Shown here piece after piece: positions 26,006 through 36,078 of a stretch of 64,000 nt of DNA (position 1 is its first letter; every line of letters begins with the position of its first letter). The DNA is taken from the NCBI GenBank assembly GCA_963666515.2, contig OY762897.2, positions 672,001-736,000 of the forward strand, in the 5' to 3' direction. The notes under the pieces are model-generated. The model worked only from the letters and a program-made list of their open reading frames with translations. It made no database searches and had not been told where the DNA came from. This stretch comes from Candidatus Binatia bacterium (GTDB lineage: Bacteria; Desulfobacterota; Binatia; UBA9968; JAJDTQ01). A program made the translations under genes and the position numbers.

Positions 26006-28330
26006 TTACGGGCCGCCCGGCTCCGGCATCCGGTAGCCGAGTCCGCGCTCGTTGACGACATAGGTAGCTTCCGTCGCGTGGTCGCCCAGCTTGTGCCGCA
26101 GCTTCCTCACGAAATTCCGAACCGGCTCCGGGTTGTCCGTATCCTTCGCTCCCCACAGTTGGCTCAGCAGGGACTCATAGGTGAGGACCCGTCCGGCGTT
26201 CACGGAGAGGAGGCGCAGCAGCTCGTACTCGGTGACCGTGAGCCGCACCGGCCGGCCGGCCACGCTCACCCGGCGCCGCGCGTAATCGATGACCAGCTCT
26301 CCGAGAACGAAAGGCTCGGGTGCGCTGCGCTTGCGTAGCGCCGCGCGCACTCGCGCCGTCAACTCCGTCGGTGAGAAGGGCTTGACGATGTAGTCGGCGG
26401 CGCCGGCCTCCAACGCCCTTGCGATGGTCTCGTCCCGGCCGTAGGCGGAGATGAAGATCACCGGCAGATCGGCGAGCGCGGGAAGGCTCTCCATCAATTC
26501 GATGCCGTCGGTCCCCGGGAGCATGAGATCAAGCAGGACCAGCTCCGGCTTCTTCGTCTCCAGCAGGCGGGACACTTCCTGCGGCTCGCCCGTCACCGTC
26601 GCGACATACCCCGCCGCCGAGAGCGTGTCGCGCACGTAGCGAAGCGTCTGGGGGTCGTCGTCCACCACCAGGACGCTCGTCCCCGCTTGTCCCTCGTGCG
26701 GCCGGGGAACGTGGACCCCGGCGGCGCTTGCCGCGGCGCTCTCGGCCGCCTCCCCGGCCACCGGCAGCGTGAACGTCACGCGCGTGCCCTTGCCCGCTCC
26801 GGCGCTCTCCGCCCGGATGCGGCCCCCGTGCGCCTCCACCAGCCCCTTGCAGATGACCAGCCCCAAGCCCGAACCTCTACCCTCCCCGTCGCCGGCCCCG
26901 GCGTGCCGGCGGAACAGACGCGTCAACTGCTCCGGCTCCATGCCCTCGCCCTCGTCGGTTACCGAGACCGCGACGTGGGCGCCGTCGCGCGCCGCCGCCA
27001 CCCGGATCGGGGCGGTCTGCGGAGAATGGCGCGAGGCGTTGGTGAGGAGGTTGTTCAGCACCTGGACGATGCGGCGCCCGTCGGCCATGACGCGGGGCAG
27101 ATCGGGCGGAAGGTCGATGAGGACGGCCTGCCTGCCGCTTGCGCTCAGGAACGTGGTCCGCGCCCGGTCCGCCAGGACGACGAGGTCCGCCGGCTCGGGC
27201 GCGACCGGCAGCGTTCCCGCGGCGATGCGCCCGGCGTCCAGCAGGTCGCCGACCAGGACGTCCATGCGGTCGGCCTGCTCGTCGACGATGCGGAAGAACT
27301 GGCGCAGCTCCGCCATGTCCAGGTCTCGCACCGCCCCCAGCACCGTGGCGGCCGAGCCCTTGATGGCGGCAAGCGGCGCCCGCAGCTCGTGGCTCACCAT
27401 GCCGATGAACTCCGCCCGGGAGCGCTCCAGCGCCTCGAACGGCGCCAGGTCCTGCATGGTCACGACCACCGTCTCGACCGCGCCGCCGGCCGACTGGACC
27501 GGGGTGACGTCGATCAGCGTCCGAACGCTGCGCCCGTCCGGAAGAGACAGTTGCACCTCCTCGGCGCGTACCTTCTCGGCGCTCCTGAGTTCGCCCAGAT
27601 GGACCTCGCGGCCGTCGGCGAACCGGCAGGTCAACATCGCCGAAACCTCCGCCACGGAGAGCCCCGGTATCTCCACCCCGGCAACGATGCGCCTTGCCTC
27701 GCGGTTCAACGACAGCGGATGGCCGGTCGCTGCGTCGAACACCACCACGCCGACCGGGCAGGTCTCGACCAGCGCCTCGAGATCGGCCCGCACCCGCCGC
27801 TCGGCGCGGTGCGCCCCGGCGTTGGCGATCGCCGTTGCCGCCTGCGAGGCGAACAGCACCAGCAACTCCTCGTCCTCGTCCGTGAACGCCCCTTCCTTCT
27901 CGCCCAGGAAGAAGACGCCCACGTCCAGGCCCTGGTGACGCATCGGCATCGCCTGGAACGTCCCGTAGCGGACGGGGAGAGACGAATAGCCGAGCGAGCG
28001 GATATACCCGTCGAGGTCCGGCAGTCTCAGCGGCGCCGCAAGGCCGTGGAGGTGTTCGAAGAGTCGCGGCCCGTCGGGCCATTCCATCATCGCCCGGTGT
28101 TGCTCGGGTCCGAAGCCGGAGGTGACGAAGTCCCGGACCTCTCCGCGTTCGTCGGTGGTGGCGATGGCGCCGTAGCGGGCGCCGGTGAGCGCGCGGGCGC
28201 TGTCGACGACCTCGCGCAGCACCGAATCGACGTCGAGGCTGGCGTTGATCCGCAGGATGGCCGCGACGAGGGTGGAGAGGCGCTCGCGCGGCGTCTCGGT
28301 TTCCTGCATCGTTTCGTTGCGTCTCTCCAA
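26006..28330 (-). CDS. Cytoplasmic hybrid sensor kinase-response regulator (GAF-PAS-HisKA-HATPase-REC-wHTH)
   Basis: VSHELRAPL, QVLNNLLTNA, GSGLGLVIC, VLVVDDD...LLDLMLP...VKPF and OmpR-type LTVTEYELL...RKLRHKL...GLGYR; start may be 28309. Confidence 0.9.
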   Translation of the reverse strand: MERRNETMQETETPRERLSTLVAAILRINASLDVDSVLREVVDSARALTGARYGAIATTDERGEVRDFVTSGFGPEQHRAMMEWPDGPRLFEHLHGLAAPLRLPDLDGYIRSLGYSSLPVRYGTFQAMPMRHQGLDVGVFFLGEKEGAFTDEDEELLVLFASQAATAIANAGAHRAERRVRADLEALVETCPVGVVVFDAATGHPLSLNREARRIVAGVEIPGLSVAEVSAMLTCRFADGREVHLGELRSAEKVRAEEVQLSLPDGRSVRTLIDVTPVQSAGGAVETVVVTMQDLAPFEALERSRAEFIGMVSHELRAPLAAIKGSAATVLGAVRDLDMAELRQFFRIVDEQADRMDVLVGDLLDAGRIAAGTLPVAPEPADLVVLADRARTTFLSASGRQAVLIDLPPDLPRVMADGRRIVQVLNNLLTNASRHSPQTAPIRVAAARDGAHVAVSVTDEGEGMEPEQLTRLFRRHAGAGDGEGRGSGLGLVICKGLVEAHGGRIRAESAGAGKGTRVTFTLPVAGEAAESAAASAAGVHVPRPHEGQAGTSVLVVDDDPQTLRYVRDTLSAAGYVATVTGEPQEVSRLLETKKPELVLLDLMLPGTDGIELMESLPALADLPVIFISAYGRDETIARALEAGAADYIVKPFSPTELTARVRAALRKRSAPEPFVLGELVIDYARRRVSVAGRPVRLTVTEYELLRLLSVNAGRVLTYESLLSQLWGAKDTDNPEPVRNFVRKLRHKLGDHATEATYVVNERGLGYRMPEPGGP

Positions 28331-28379
28331 CGGTCCATCCTTTCCGCGGCCGGGCCGCTACGGCTCGCCCACGCCCGGA

Positions 28380-29972
28380 TCAGTGCGTGTCGAATATCTC
28401 CTGGTAGCGCGCAATCGCCGCGATCGCCGCCTCGCGTTCCCGCGCCGTCGGATTGCGAGGGTCGCGCGCCTTGGGCAATCTTCCCAGGCGCAGCATGGCC
28501 GCGCGCAACAGCATGCGCGCCTTGGTGGCGTCCAGGTTGCTCCCCTCGATGGTCAGATCGTTGGGATTGGAGGGCAGGGCGCCCTCGGGGTCGCCGCGGC
28601 TCACCCGCACCACCGGCATGCCGCTCAAGGCGGCGATGGCGAGGGCCGCCATCTGGCTGTGCAGCGCCGAGCCGGTGCCCGCCGCCCCCTCCAGCACGAA
28701 CCCGTGGAACCGCGACGCGTCCGGCTCCGCGGACGCTTCCTGCGCGAGCCCGCGTTCGAGGCGCGCCATGATGTCCACCTCCACCTCCGGGTCCGCGGTG
28801 TCTTCCTCCGCCATGTAGTGGCCGTACTTCACGACGTGCACCGGCGCGATGGCGTCGCCGCGCAGCGAGCCGTCGTCATCCTTGATGCGGATGGTCGCCG
28901 TCCCGTCGCTGTCGCCGTATTCCTGAAACCGGACCTCGGCGGGCAGGCCCTTCACCGCGAGCGCGGATGCGCCCGTGGTCCGGTACGCGGGACGGAACCA
29001 CACGCGCACCTCGTGGCCGGCGCTTCCGAGCACGCCGCCGTGGCCGCCGGTGGCGCGGTAGCCGCCCGGCCGCGCATCGCCCTTCTTGAACACGCGCGCC
29101 GCGAAGATCTGCTCGTCGACGATGCCCACCGCACCCAGCCCCGTGCCGAGGCCCGAGGCGATGTAGCGGGTCGCGTCCACGACGTTGCGGTCGCCGTCGT
29201 TGGCGAGGGAGCCGTGGGGACGCTGCGACGAGATGCCCACGAACGGCAGGTCGGTGTCCAGCACCAGGCTCAGCCAGTAGAGCGTCTCCTCCACGTGCGG
29301 GCTGCCTTCCAGCCAGATGAAGCCGTCGTAGCGCCCCGAGTCGATGGTCTGCTGGACGACGTTGACCGCACGGGCCATGGCGTTGTGGGGCGGGAACTTG
29401 CTGAGGGGCCTGGGGCTGTAGGGGAAGAAGTCCCGCCCGCCCACCTCGCCCTGTTTCGTGTAGCCCGACGGCGGGAGCACGCGCACGAAGTCGAAATCCG
29501 CGAGCCGGTCCAGCTCGCTGGCCGCGCCGTCGTGGCCGCGCCCGCCCAGCCCGCGGTCTATGTCCTCGAACAACCCGGACGCATCGGGAAAGTACGATTG
29601 TCTCCCGCCGTAGCCGATGCCCGCGTCCCGCTGGTCGCCGTCCTCGAAGGGCGTGCCGCCCTCGGAGCCGTCGGCGCGGCGCGCCACGTAGGGCAGGGGA
29701 TACGCGCCGTCCTCCGGGCGCAGCTCCACCTCGTAGTACGGCTTGCCGTCGTCGTGGTAGACCTCGGCCGCGTCGGCTTCCAGCGGGTGCGCGCTGAACC
29801 TCTCGATGCGCACCCGCACGGGCTCGTGCAGGCGCTGCGGGACCAGGTGGTCGAACCGCCCGTCGAGTTGTCGCTCGCCTGCCGCCCGCCCCTTGTTGCT
29901 CGTGACCAGCGGAGGCGTGTTGGCGATGGTGGCGCGCGGCCCCGAGAACACCGCTATGCGTGGCTTGGGCAT
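28380..29972 (-). CDS. Asparaginase-domain protein (atypical)
   Basis: GPRATIAN, EGSPHVEETLYWL, SSQRP...NDGDRN, GFVLEG and LDATKARMLL motifs of the asparaginase/glutaminase fold. Confidence 0.75.
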   Translation of the reverse strand: MPKPRIAVFSGPRATIANTPPLVTSNKGRAAGERQLDGRFDHLVPQRLHEPVRVRIERFSAHPLEADAAEVYHDDGKPYYEVELRPEDGAYPLPYVARRADGSEGGTPFEDGDQRDAGIGYGGRQSYFPDASGLFEDIDRGLGGRGHDGAASELDRLADFDFVRVLPPSGYTKQGEVGGRDFFPYSPRPLSKFPPHNAMARAVNVVQQTIDSGRYDGFIWLEGSPHVEETLYWLSLVLDTDLPFVGISSQRPHGSLANDGDRNVVDATRYIASGLGTGLGAVGIVDEQIFAARVFKKGDARPGGYRATGGHGGVLGSAGHEVRVWFRPAYRTTGASALAVKGLPAEVRFQEYGDSDGTATIRIKDDDGSLRGDAIAPVHVVKYGHYMAEEDTADPEVEVDIMARLERGLAQEASAEPDASRFHGFVLEGAAGTGSALHSQMAALAIAALSGMPVVRVSRGDPEGALPSNPNDLTIEGSNLDATKARMLLRAAMLRLGRLPKARDPRNPTAREREAAIAAIARYQEIFDTH

Positions 29973-29976
29973 CCGA

Positions 29977-30909
29977 TCATCCCTCCTGGAACACCACCCG
30001 CCCCTCGGCCCACGCCCGGATCAGGTGGTGGGCGATGGCCACGGGGTCCGGCAGCCGCAGGTCCGGGTTCTCGCCGGCCAGGGAGGAGACGACTTCCTCC
30101 CGGGAGAACCAGCGCACGTCGGTCATCTCCTCGTCGTCCTTGGCGATGTCCGTGGTCAAGGCCTTGCCGTGGCAGCCGATCATGAGCGAGGACGGGAAGG
30201 GCCAAGGCTGGGAAGAGTGGTAGCGCACCTCGCCCACGGTGATGCCGGCCTCCTCCTTCACCTCCCGCCGCACGGCCTCCTCGATGCACTCGGCCTGGTC
30301 GATGAAGCCGGCCAGGGCGGAGTAGCGGCCGGAGCGGGCCAGCCGCCCGCGGGACTGGCCCAGCAGGGCGCGCTCGCCGTCGGTGACCACCATGATGGCC
30401 ACGGGATCGGTGCGCGGGAAGTGCTCGGTGTTGCAGGCGGCGCATTTGCGCACCTGGCCGCCGCGCCCCTGCTCGGTGACGCCGCCGCACAGGCCGCAGA
30501 AGCGGTGCCGGCGGTGCCAGTCCACCTGGGCCTTGCTCTGGGCGAGTATGCCCACGTCCTGGGGCTTGAGCTGCGCGGCCGCGGCCCGGGCCTCCACGAA
30601 GGTCCAGGGTTCCTCCAGGTCAAGCTCCCGGAGCGGCTCGGCGACCGCGGACACGTCCACCGCGAAGTGGGCGGCGCCGTCCATGAGGCCGAGGAAGACC
30701 GGTGGGCCTTCCAGCCCGAGACCTTCGATGTCCGCGGGCCGGACCCAGCCCAACTCGGCCCGGTCGCCGTTCCGCAACAGGATGTCGAGCTGCCACAGCA
30801 GCAGGAAACGGGAACGGGGGTCCCTGGCCGCCTTGCTGAGCCATTCCTCGTCCCGGCGCTGCACGTCGCCCCGGTCCAGGGGATTGCCGGAAAAAACGTG
30901 TGTGGTCAT
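29977..30909 (-). CDS. nudC: NAD(H) diphosphatase
   Basis: FCGLCG...CAAC zinc site, FPRTDP, Nudix box GFIDQAECIEEAVRREVKEEAG and SQPWPFPSS. Confidence 0.95.
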   Translation of the reverse strand: MTTHVFSGNPLDRGDVQRRDEEWLSKAARDPRSRFLLLWQLDILLRNGDRAELGWVRPADIEGLGLEGPPVFLGLMDGAAHFAVDVSAVAEPLRELDLEEPWTFVEARAAAAQLKPQDVGILAQSKAQVDWHRRHRFCGLCGGVTEQGRGGQVRKCAACNTEHFPRTDPVAIMVVTDGERALLGQSRGRLARSGRYSALAGFIDQAECIEEAVRREVKEEAGITVGEVRYHSSQPWPFPSSLMIGCHGKALTTDIAKDDEEMTDVRWFSREEVVSSLAGENPDLRLPDPVAIAHHLIRAWAEGRVVFQEG

Positions 30910-30976
30910 GACCGAATCTCCGGCGTCGCGCAACGCAGGTCGCCGGCTTCACGCACGGAACTGCCGGACACCGCAT

Positions 30977-33214
30977 TCATACCAGCCCCCAGGTGCGCCG
31001 CAGCCACCATTCCGCGGCCAGCAGCAGCACCGCGAGGGTGAACAGCAGCGGCTCGTTCCAGAGCGCCACCCGGCTTCTCGCCTGGATGCTGGACGGCGCT
31101 GCCCGCTCCATCAACTGCTCGAACTCCGACCAGTGGGCGTCCGTCAGGGCGGCGGCGGGGACGAACATGCCCTGGCTGCGGGCCGCCACGGCTTCCAGCA
31201 ATTCCGGGCGCGGCCGGCCGTCGTCGTTCTCCTCCGACGGCAGCGCCACGAGGAAGTTGGCGGCGGCGCTTCCCAGGGGCGTTCCCCCGGACGACGCCTG
31301 GGCCTCGATGCGGTGGGACCCTTCCAGCCGGGGCGTAAACTTGGAGCGGTACTCGCCGGGCTGGTCGGTGGCTGCGGACTCCAGCGGCGACCGTTCACCC
31401 TCCGGTCCGGTGACCACGACCTGGAGGGCCGGGTCCGTGGCCGGGGCGTGGTCGTCCCGCAGAACCCGGATGCGAAATTCGAGGGGTTCTCCCGGCCGCC
31501 GGGAGCCGCCCACCGCCAGGATCTGCACCTGCTCGAAGGCGGGCTCGCGGGCCAGCCAGCGCACGCCGTTCCGAATGAGCTTCAGGTGGATCTGAGGGTT
31601 CTGGTTGCGGCCCACCGCGTCGAAGTTCCAGCGCCAGAGGTCGTCGCTGGCGAACGCCAGCGACCGCCCCTTGTGGTACCGGCCCACCGTCAGCAAGGGC
31701 GCCTCGCGCCCCGGCGTCCGCGCCGACAGCAGCACCTCGCCGTTGGGCTGCGCCACCTCGTTGAGGGTGGTCAGCGGGGGCAGCGCGCGCCAGGCTTCCT
31801 CGTTGGCCGCGGGATCGGCGAACACGCGCGTCAACGGGTGGGCCTTGCCCGCCGGCGTCAGGGCGGCGCGCGCGGCGACGCCGGTCCTGAAGGCGCCGCG
31901 TCCGTCGAGCTTCACCGGCAGCACCGGCGCCAGCGCGGTTTCGTGGTATCCGCCGCGGTCGAAGGCGCGGGTCCCGCCCAGCATGGCGATGCCGCCGCCG
32001 TCGCGCACGAAGTCGCGGATGTTCTCGAAGTAGAGCGGGTTGAAGTAGGTGCGGTGCGAGAAGTCGTCGAGGATCAGCACGTCGAAGTTCTTGAGTTCCT
32101 CGACGAAGATCTCGTCGATGGGGAAGGGGATCAGGCTCAGCTCGTTCTCGCGCACGTCCACCACGTCGCTGGGAGTGCGCAGGAAGACGAACGAGACCAG
32201 TTCCAGGAACGGGTCCTGTTTCAGCGCGAAGCGGAGGAACCGGTAGTTCCACGACGGGGACCCCGACAGGGTCAGCACCCGCAGCTTGTCCCGGCGCACC
32301 TCCATGCGGAACGCCTTGCGGTTGTTGCCGGCGATGCTCTCGCCGGCCAGCTCGGGCAGGGTCAGGGTAAAACCGTGGGCGCCCAGCTCCCGCGGCGTGT
32401 AGTTCATGGTGATGCGGTTCTGGTAGGCGTCCCGGTCGATGGCGATGGGATGCGTCGAGATGAGGTTGCGGCCGAGGTTGAAGTAGAGCGGCACGTTGGC
32501 GCCGGCCAGGCCGTACGCCTGAATGGTGAAGTCGATGGTGATGGCGCGGCCGCGAAAGGCCAGCTCCGGGGCGCGCAGGCCCGCGATGCGCAGGTCCTTG
32601 AAGCCGTCCGCCTGTCCCACCGCGATGGCGAGGAGCGGCCTGGGGTGGCCCTTGAAATCGTCGAGGGCATCGGCCGGGTTCACGATGCCGTCGGACACGA
32701 CGATGGTCCCGGCGGCGTCCGGCTCGTGTTTCGCCGCCTGTTCGAGGGCATGGAACAGCCGGCTGGCGTCGCCCGCGGGGGCCGCGGCCCCAAGCCGGTC
32801 AAAATCGCGTGGGGCGGTCTCCCGGTCGAAGGCGTAGAGCTTGAGATCGTATTTTCCGGCGAGGCCGCGGGTCAGTCCGGCGGACGCAAGCGCCTCCCTG
32901 GCGGCGTCGAGCCGGGTGGCGTCACCGCGGCCGGCGGCGAGCCCCATGCTCTCGGAAGTGTCCAGCAGCACCACCAGCGGGCGCCGCAGCGGCGTGGGCT
33001 CCTCCACCGTGCGCACGGGCCCCAGGAGAAACAGCAGCAGCAGGGCGTAGACCACCCCTCGCAGCAGCGTCAGCAGCGAGGCCTTGCCGAGCCCCAGGCT
33101 CCGGTGCAGGAAGCGGAACTGGTTGACCAGGAGGCCCGCCGCGGCCAGCGCCAGCGCCGCCACCAGCCACAGCGGCAGCCCTCCGCCGAATACGATGTCC
33201 AGTGTTCCCGTCAT
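30977..33214 (-). CDS. Membrane protein with VWA-like and glutamine-amidotransferase-like domains
   Basis: N-terminal TMs, LLDTSESM MIDAS motif, FVRDGGGIAMLGG and C-terminal EWWLRR. Confidence 0.8.
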   Translation of the reverse strand: MTGTLDIVFGGGLPLWLVAALALAAAGLLVNQFRFLHRSLGLGKASLLTLLRGVVYALLLLFLLGPVRTVEEPTPLRRPLVVLLDTSESMGLAAGRGDATRLDAAREALASAGLTRGLAGKYDLKLYAFDRETAPRDFDRLGAAAPAGDASRLFHALEQAAKHEPDAAGTIVVSDGIVNPADALDDFKGHPRPLLAIAVGQADGFKDLRIAGLRAPELAFRGRAITIDFTIQAYGLAGANVPLYFNLGRNLISTHPIAIDRDAYQNRITMNYTPRELGAHGFTLTLPELAGESIAGNNRKAFRMEVRRDKLRVLTLSGSPSWNYRFLRFALKQDPFLELVSFVFLRTPSDVVDVRENELSLIPFPIDEIFVEELKNFDVLILDDFSHRTYFNPLYFENIRDFVRDGGGIAMLGGTRAFDRGGYHETALAPVLPVKLDGRGAFRTGVAARAALTPAGKAHPLTRVFADPAANEEAWRALPPLTTLNEVAQPNGEVLLSARTPGREAPLLTVGRYHKGRSLAFASDDLWRWNFDAVGRNQNPQIHLKLIRNGVRWLAREPAFEQVQILAVGGSRRPGEPLEFRIRVLRDDHAPATDPALQVVVTGPEGERSPLESAATDQPGEYRSKFTPRLEGSHRIEAQASSGGTPLGSAAANFLVALPSEENDDGRPRPELLEAVAARSQGMFVPAAALTDAHWSEFEQLMERAAPSSIQARSRVALWNEPLLFTLAVLLLAAEWWLRRTWGLV

Positions 33215-33220
33215 GACATC

Positions 33221-33985
33221 CTACTGGGTGAGCCGGCGGCGGATGAACGGCACGTGGATCAGGTCCTGCTTGTAGTTGCCGGTCATGGAGTAGAGGATCA
33301 GGTTGACGCCGAGATGGAAGGCGTCGCGACGCTGCTCCTCGCCGTTGGGCACACACGGGTGGCTCCACCGTCCGAGACCGTCCCGTTCCCAGGCGCCCGC
33401 CAGGTCGTTGTGGCAATAGACCACCGGCGTGGTCTCGCCGAGTTGGATGCCTTCGAGGTAGGAGCTGGTGGCCACCCGGCCGCCGATCCGCCGGAGCAGG
33501 TAGTAGCTCCGCAGGAGCGCGTGGGTGAGGGGAATCTTGCGCATCTCCCGTGCGGGGAACAACCGCTGCATCTCCGCGCGGAAGCGCCGGTCGAAGCCGT
33601 AACCGAGCTGCCCGAGGGTGTTGTCGGCCAGCAGGAAACCGCCGAACGACAGGAAACGCCGGAGGTTCCGCAGCTCGTCCTCGGAGAACGGCTGGAAGTC
33701 GTACTTGCCGGCCATGTAGAGGAACGGGAACGAGAAAAGCTCGGGGTCGGTGAGCCGCACCACCCGGCGTTCCAGCGCCGCGTTCACGCTGGTCCGGCGC
33801 ATCAACTCCTCCATCAACGGGGTCACGGCGCGGGGACGCGGGTCCCAGTCGCCGCCGCGGTAGCGCACCTGGGCGAAGACGAACTGGATCCGTTGCGCAG
33901 AGTCCGCCGCGGGAAGCGCCGCCGGCAGGCTCCACGCGGCCGCCGCGGTTCCCAGCAGGCTTCGCAGGAATTTTCGCCTATTCAT
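33221..33985 (-). CDS. DUF4159 domain protein with Tat signal
   Basis: MNRRKFL Tat motif; PFLYMAG, GGFLLAD and GVNLILY motifs. Confidence 0.82.
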   Translation of the reverse strand: MNRRKFLRSLLGTAAAAWSLPAALPAADSAQRIQFVFAQVRYRGGDWDPRPRAVTPLMEELMRRTSVNAALERRVVRLTDPELFSFPFLYMAGKYDFQPFSEDELRNLRRFLSFGGFLLADNTLGQLGYGFDRRFRAEMQRLFPAREMRKIPLTHALLRSYYLLRRIGGRVATSSYLEGIQLGETTPVVYCHNDLAGAWERDGLGRWSHPCVPNGEEQRRDAFHLGVNLILYSMTGNYKQDLIHVPFIRRRLTQ

Positions 33986-36077
33986 AATTCCGTTGCCCCA
34001 GCCAGCTTTCGAACAGCAGCGTGAGGATCAGCACCACCACCAGGCCCAGCGCGAGGTCGGTGCGGGTGCCGCCGCCGGACAAGGCGCCCGCGGCAAGGAC
34101 CTCGTGGCTCACGGGCCCGAACTTCCGCTGCAGCTCGTCGGCGCCGATGCGCTCCAGGCGCGATTCCATGGGCGGCGGGTTCACCGCGTACAGCGAGGCG
34201 ATGTCCAGTCCTCCGCCGGGGGAGACCACCCGGTAGACGCCGGCGAAGTGGTTGCCGTCGAAGGAGCCGGAAGCCTTTCCCTCCGCCGGCTCCAGCGTGA
34301 CCTCTCTCTCCGTGCGGTTCGGGTCCACCACCCGCAGTTGCTTCCCGGCGTGGGCGGCGTCGGCGGACCATCGTTTCGCCGTACCCGCGGTGATGCCGGT
34401 GTCGATGGAGCCGCTGCCGCCGCCCGCCATGTAGGTCACCAGGGATTGCATCAGCGGTACGTAGCCGGTCTTGAGAGGAAGGTTGTTCCAGGCGCTGTCC
34501 GCGGTGGAGGTGTACAGGAGAATCCGGCCCTTGCCGTGCTCCTTCTCCACCACGAGCGGCTCGCCGTTGCTCAACCGCATCAGGGTGCGTCCGCCCGCGG
34601 ACGCCAACGCGAAGTACGACGATACCTTGACCGCGCGCAACGAGTCCAGCAGGCGCCGGTCCGCGAAGGCGCGCAGGGCGGGATGCGCGACGTCCACCTC
34701 GCCCACGGTGACGTTCCGGTCCAGGGGCGCCCGCCGCCGCGGCCCAAGGGGGCCGGGGAGGAGCGGGGAGGCGTTGCTCCACAGCGCCCGGTTGTAGTCC
34801 TCGGCCGCCACCTGGTCGCCCAGGGACAGCAGCAGGCCGCCGCCGCGCTCGACGAAGGCGGCGAGCCGGGCCACGAATGCCGGCGGCAACGCGGCGACGT
34901 TGGCCAGGACCACGGCCTGATACCCGTCGGGGTCCACCCGGCCCACGGCGCCGGAGAGGATGACCTCCGGCAGCAGCACCGAGTTGGCCACGTCGCCGGC
35001 AGGGTTCAGCGCCCGGCTCAGGAAGAAGGTCTCGCTGGCCACCAGCGCCCTCTGGGGGTCGCCGTCCACCAGCAGGACGTTCAGCCGGTCCCGGGTGTGC
35101 AGGGTGAAGTAGTGCCGCAGGTTGCCGGACAAGCCGTCCCCGTGGAGCGACACGTAACCGGAATGGCTGCCGGGCCGGTCGAGCTTGAACCGGAAGTCCA
35201 CCGTGGACTCCTCGTCCGGCGACAGGGTCACCTGCTTCTCGTCCCGCACTTCGCCGTCGATGGTGAGGCGGGCCGCCAGGTCGGGGATGGCGCCGTCGGC
35301 AAAGCCACCGAGTGTGGCCGCCAGCCCGATATCCAGTCCCGGAGCGACGTGGACGGCCCGGGAGGCGAGCGCGGTGACGGTGGCGCTCGGCGGGGCGTCC
35401 GGCGAGCCCACGGTGACGATTTTCACCGGGACGGTGGGATCGTACTCGCCCACGGCCGGCAGCGACAGCCGGTCCCAGCCGGAAAGTCCCAGGTCCGTGA
35501 CCACCCACAGGGCCTTCTGCCCGCCGCTTTGGCCCAGGAGCCCGTAGCCCGTGCGCAGAGCGGCCGTGAAGTCCGCGGCGCCGGCGGTGACCGCCAGCGG
35601 CCCGAGGTCTTTGAGGGCGGCTTCCCGCGGGTCCTTGAGCCGGGGTTGCCGGCTGCCCACCGGGTTGGTGGCGACTACCGCGGCCCGGTCGCCCTCGCCC
35701 AGCGCCTCCAGGATGCGGCCGGCGGCCTGCTTCGCTTCGCTGAACGTGGCGCCCTGGTCGCGCACCTGCATGCTCAGCGAGTTGTCCACGACGATGACGG
35801 TGGCGAGCGGCGCGCCCCGGGCCGCGAGCCCCACGCCGGTTTCCCACAGTGGGTGCGCCATGAGCAGCACGAGGAAGATGATGGCCAGGGTCCGCACCGC
35901 CAGCAGCAGCCAGTTGCGCAGGTTGTAGGTGCGCGCCACCCGCCGCTGCGAGATCAGCACGAACCGCACCGCGGGGAAGCGCAGGCGTTTCTGCTGCCGC
36001 CGGTTGAGCAGGTGGATGACCAGCGGGATCACCGCGGTGGCCAGGGCCGCCAGGTACAAGGGGTAGAGGAACGCCAG
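33978..36077 (-). CDS. BatA N-terminal / VWA domain protein (possible CTG start at 36077)
   Basis: FLYP...PLVIHLLNRR...FPAVRF BatA motif, VDNSLSM MIDAS motif and C-terminal TM. Confidence 0.85.
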   Translation of the reverse strand: MAFLYPLYLAALATAVIPLVIHLLNRRQQKRLRFPAVRFVLISQRRVARTYNLRNWLLLAVRTLAIIFLVLLMAHPLWETGVGLAARGAPLATVIVVDNSLSMQVRDQGATFSEAKQAAGRILEALGEGDRAAVVATNPVGSRQPRLKDPREAALKDLGPLAVTAGAADFTAALRTGYGLLGQSGGQKALWVVTDLGLSGWDRLSLPAVGEYDPTVPVKIVTVGSPDAPPSATVTALASRAVHVAPGLDIGLAATLGGFADGAIPDLAARLTIDGEVRDEKQVTLSPDEESTVDFRFKLDRPGSHSGYVSLHGDGLSGNLRHYFTLHTRDRLNVLLVDGDPQRALVASETFFLSRALNPAGDVANSVLLPEVILSGAVGRVDPDGYQAVVLANVAALPPAFVARLAAFVERGGGLLLSLGDQVAAEDYNRALWSNASPLLPGPLGPRRRAPLDRNVTVGEVDVAHPALRAFADRRLLDSLRAVKVSSYFALASAGGRTLMRLSNGEPLVVEKEHGKGRILLYTSTADSAWNNLPLKTGYVPLMQSLVTYMAGGGSGSIDTGITAGTAKRWSADAAHAGKQLRVVDPNRTEREVTLEPAEGKASGSFDGNHFAGVYRVVSPGGGLDIASLYAVNPPPMESRLERIGADELQRKFGPVSHEVLAAGALSGGGTRTDLALGLVVVLILTLLFESWLGQRNYE

Positions 36078-36078
36078 C

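Noticed and set aside
30383-34024. 1213-aa plus-strand ORF, and similar long ORFs such as 13138..15684, 26687..28771, 33993..36245 and 53994..55904
   Set aside because: They lie antisense to well-supported genes and have no recognisable motifs; long shadow ORFs are expected in high-GC DNA
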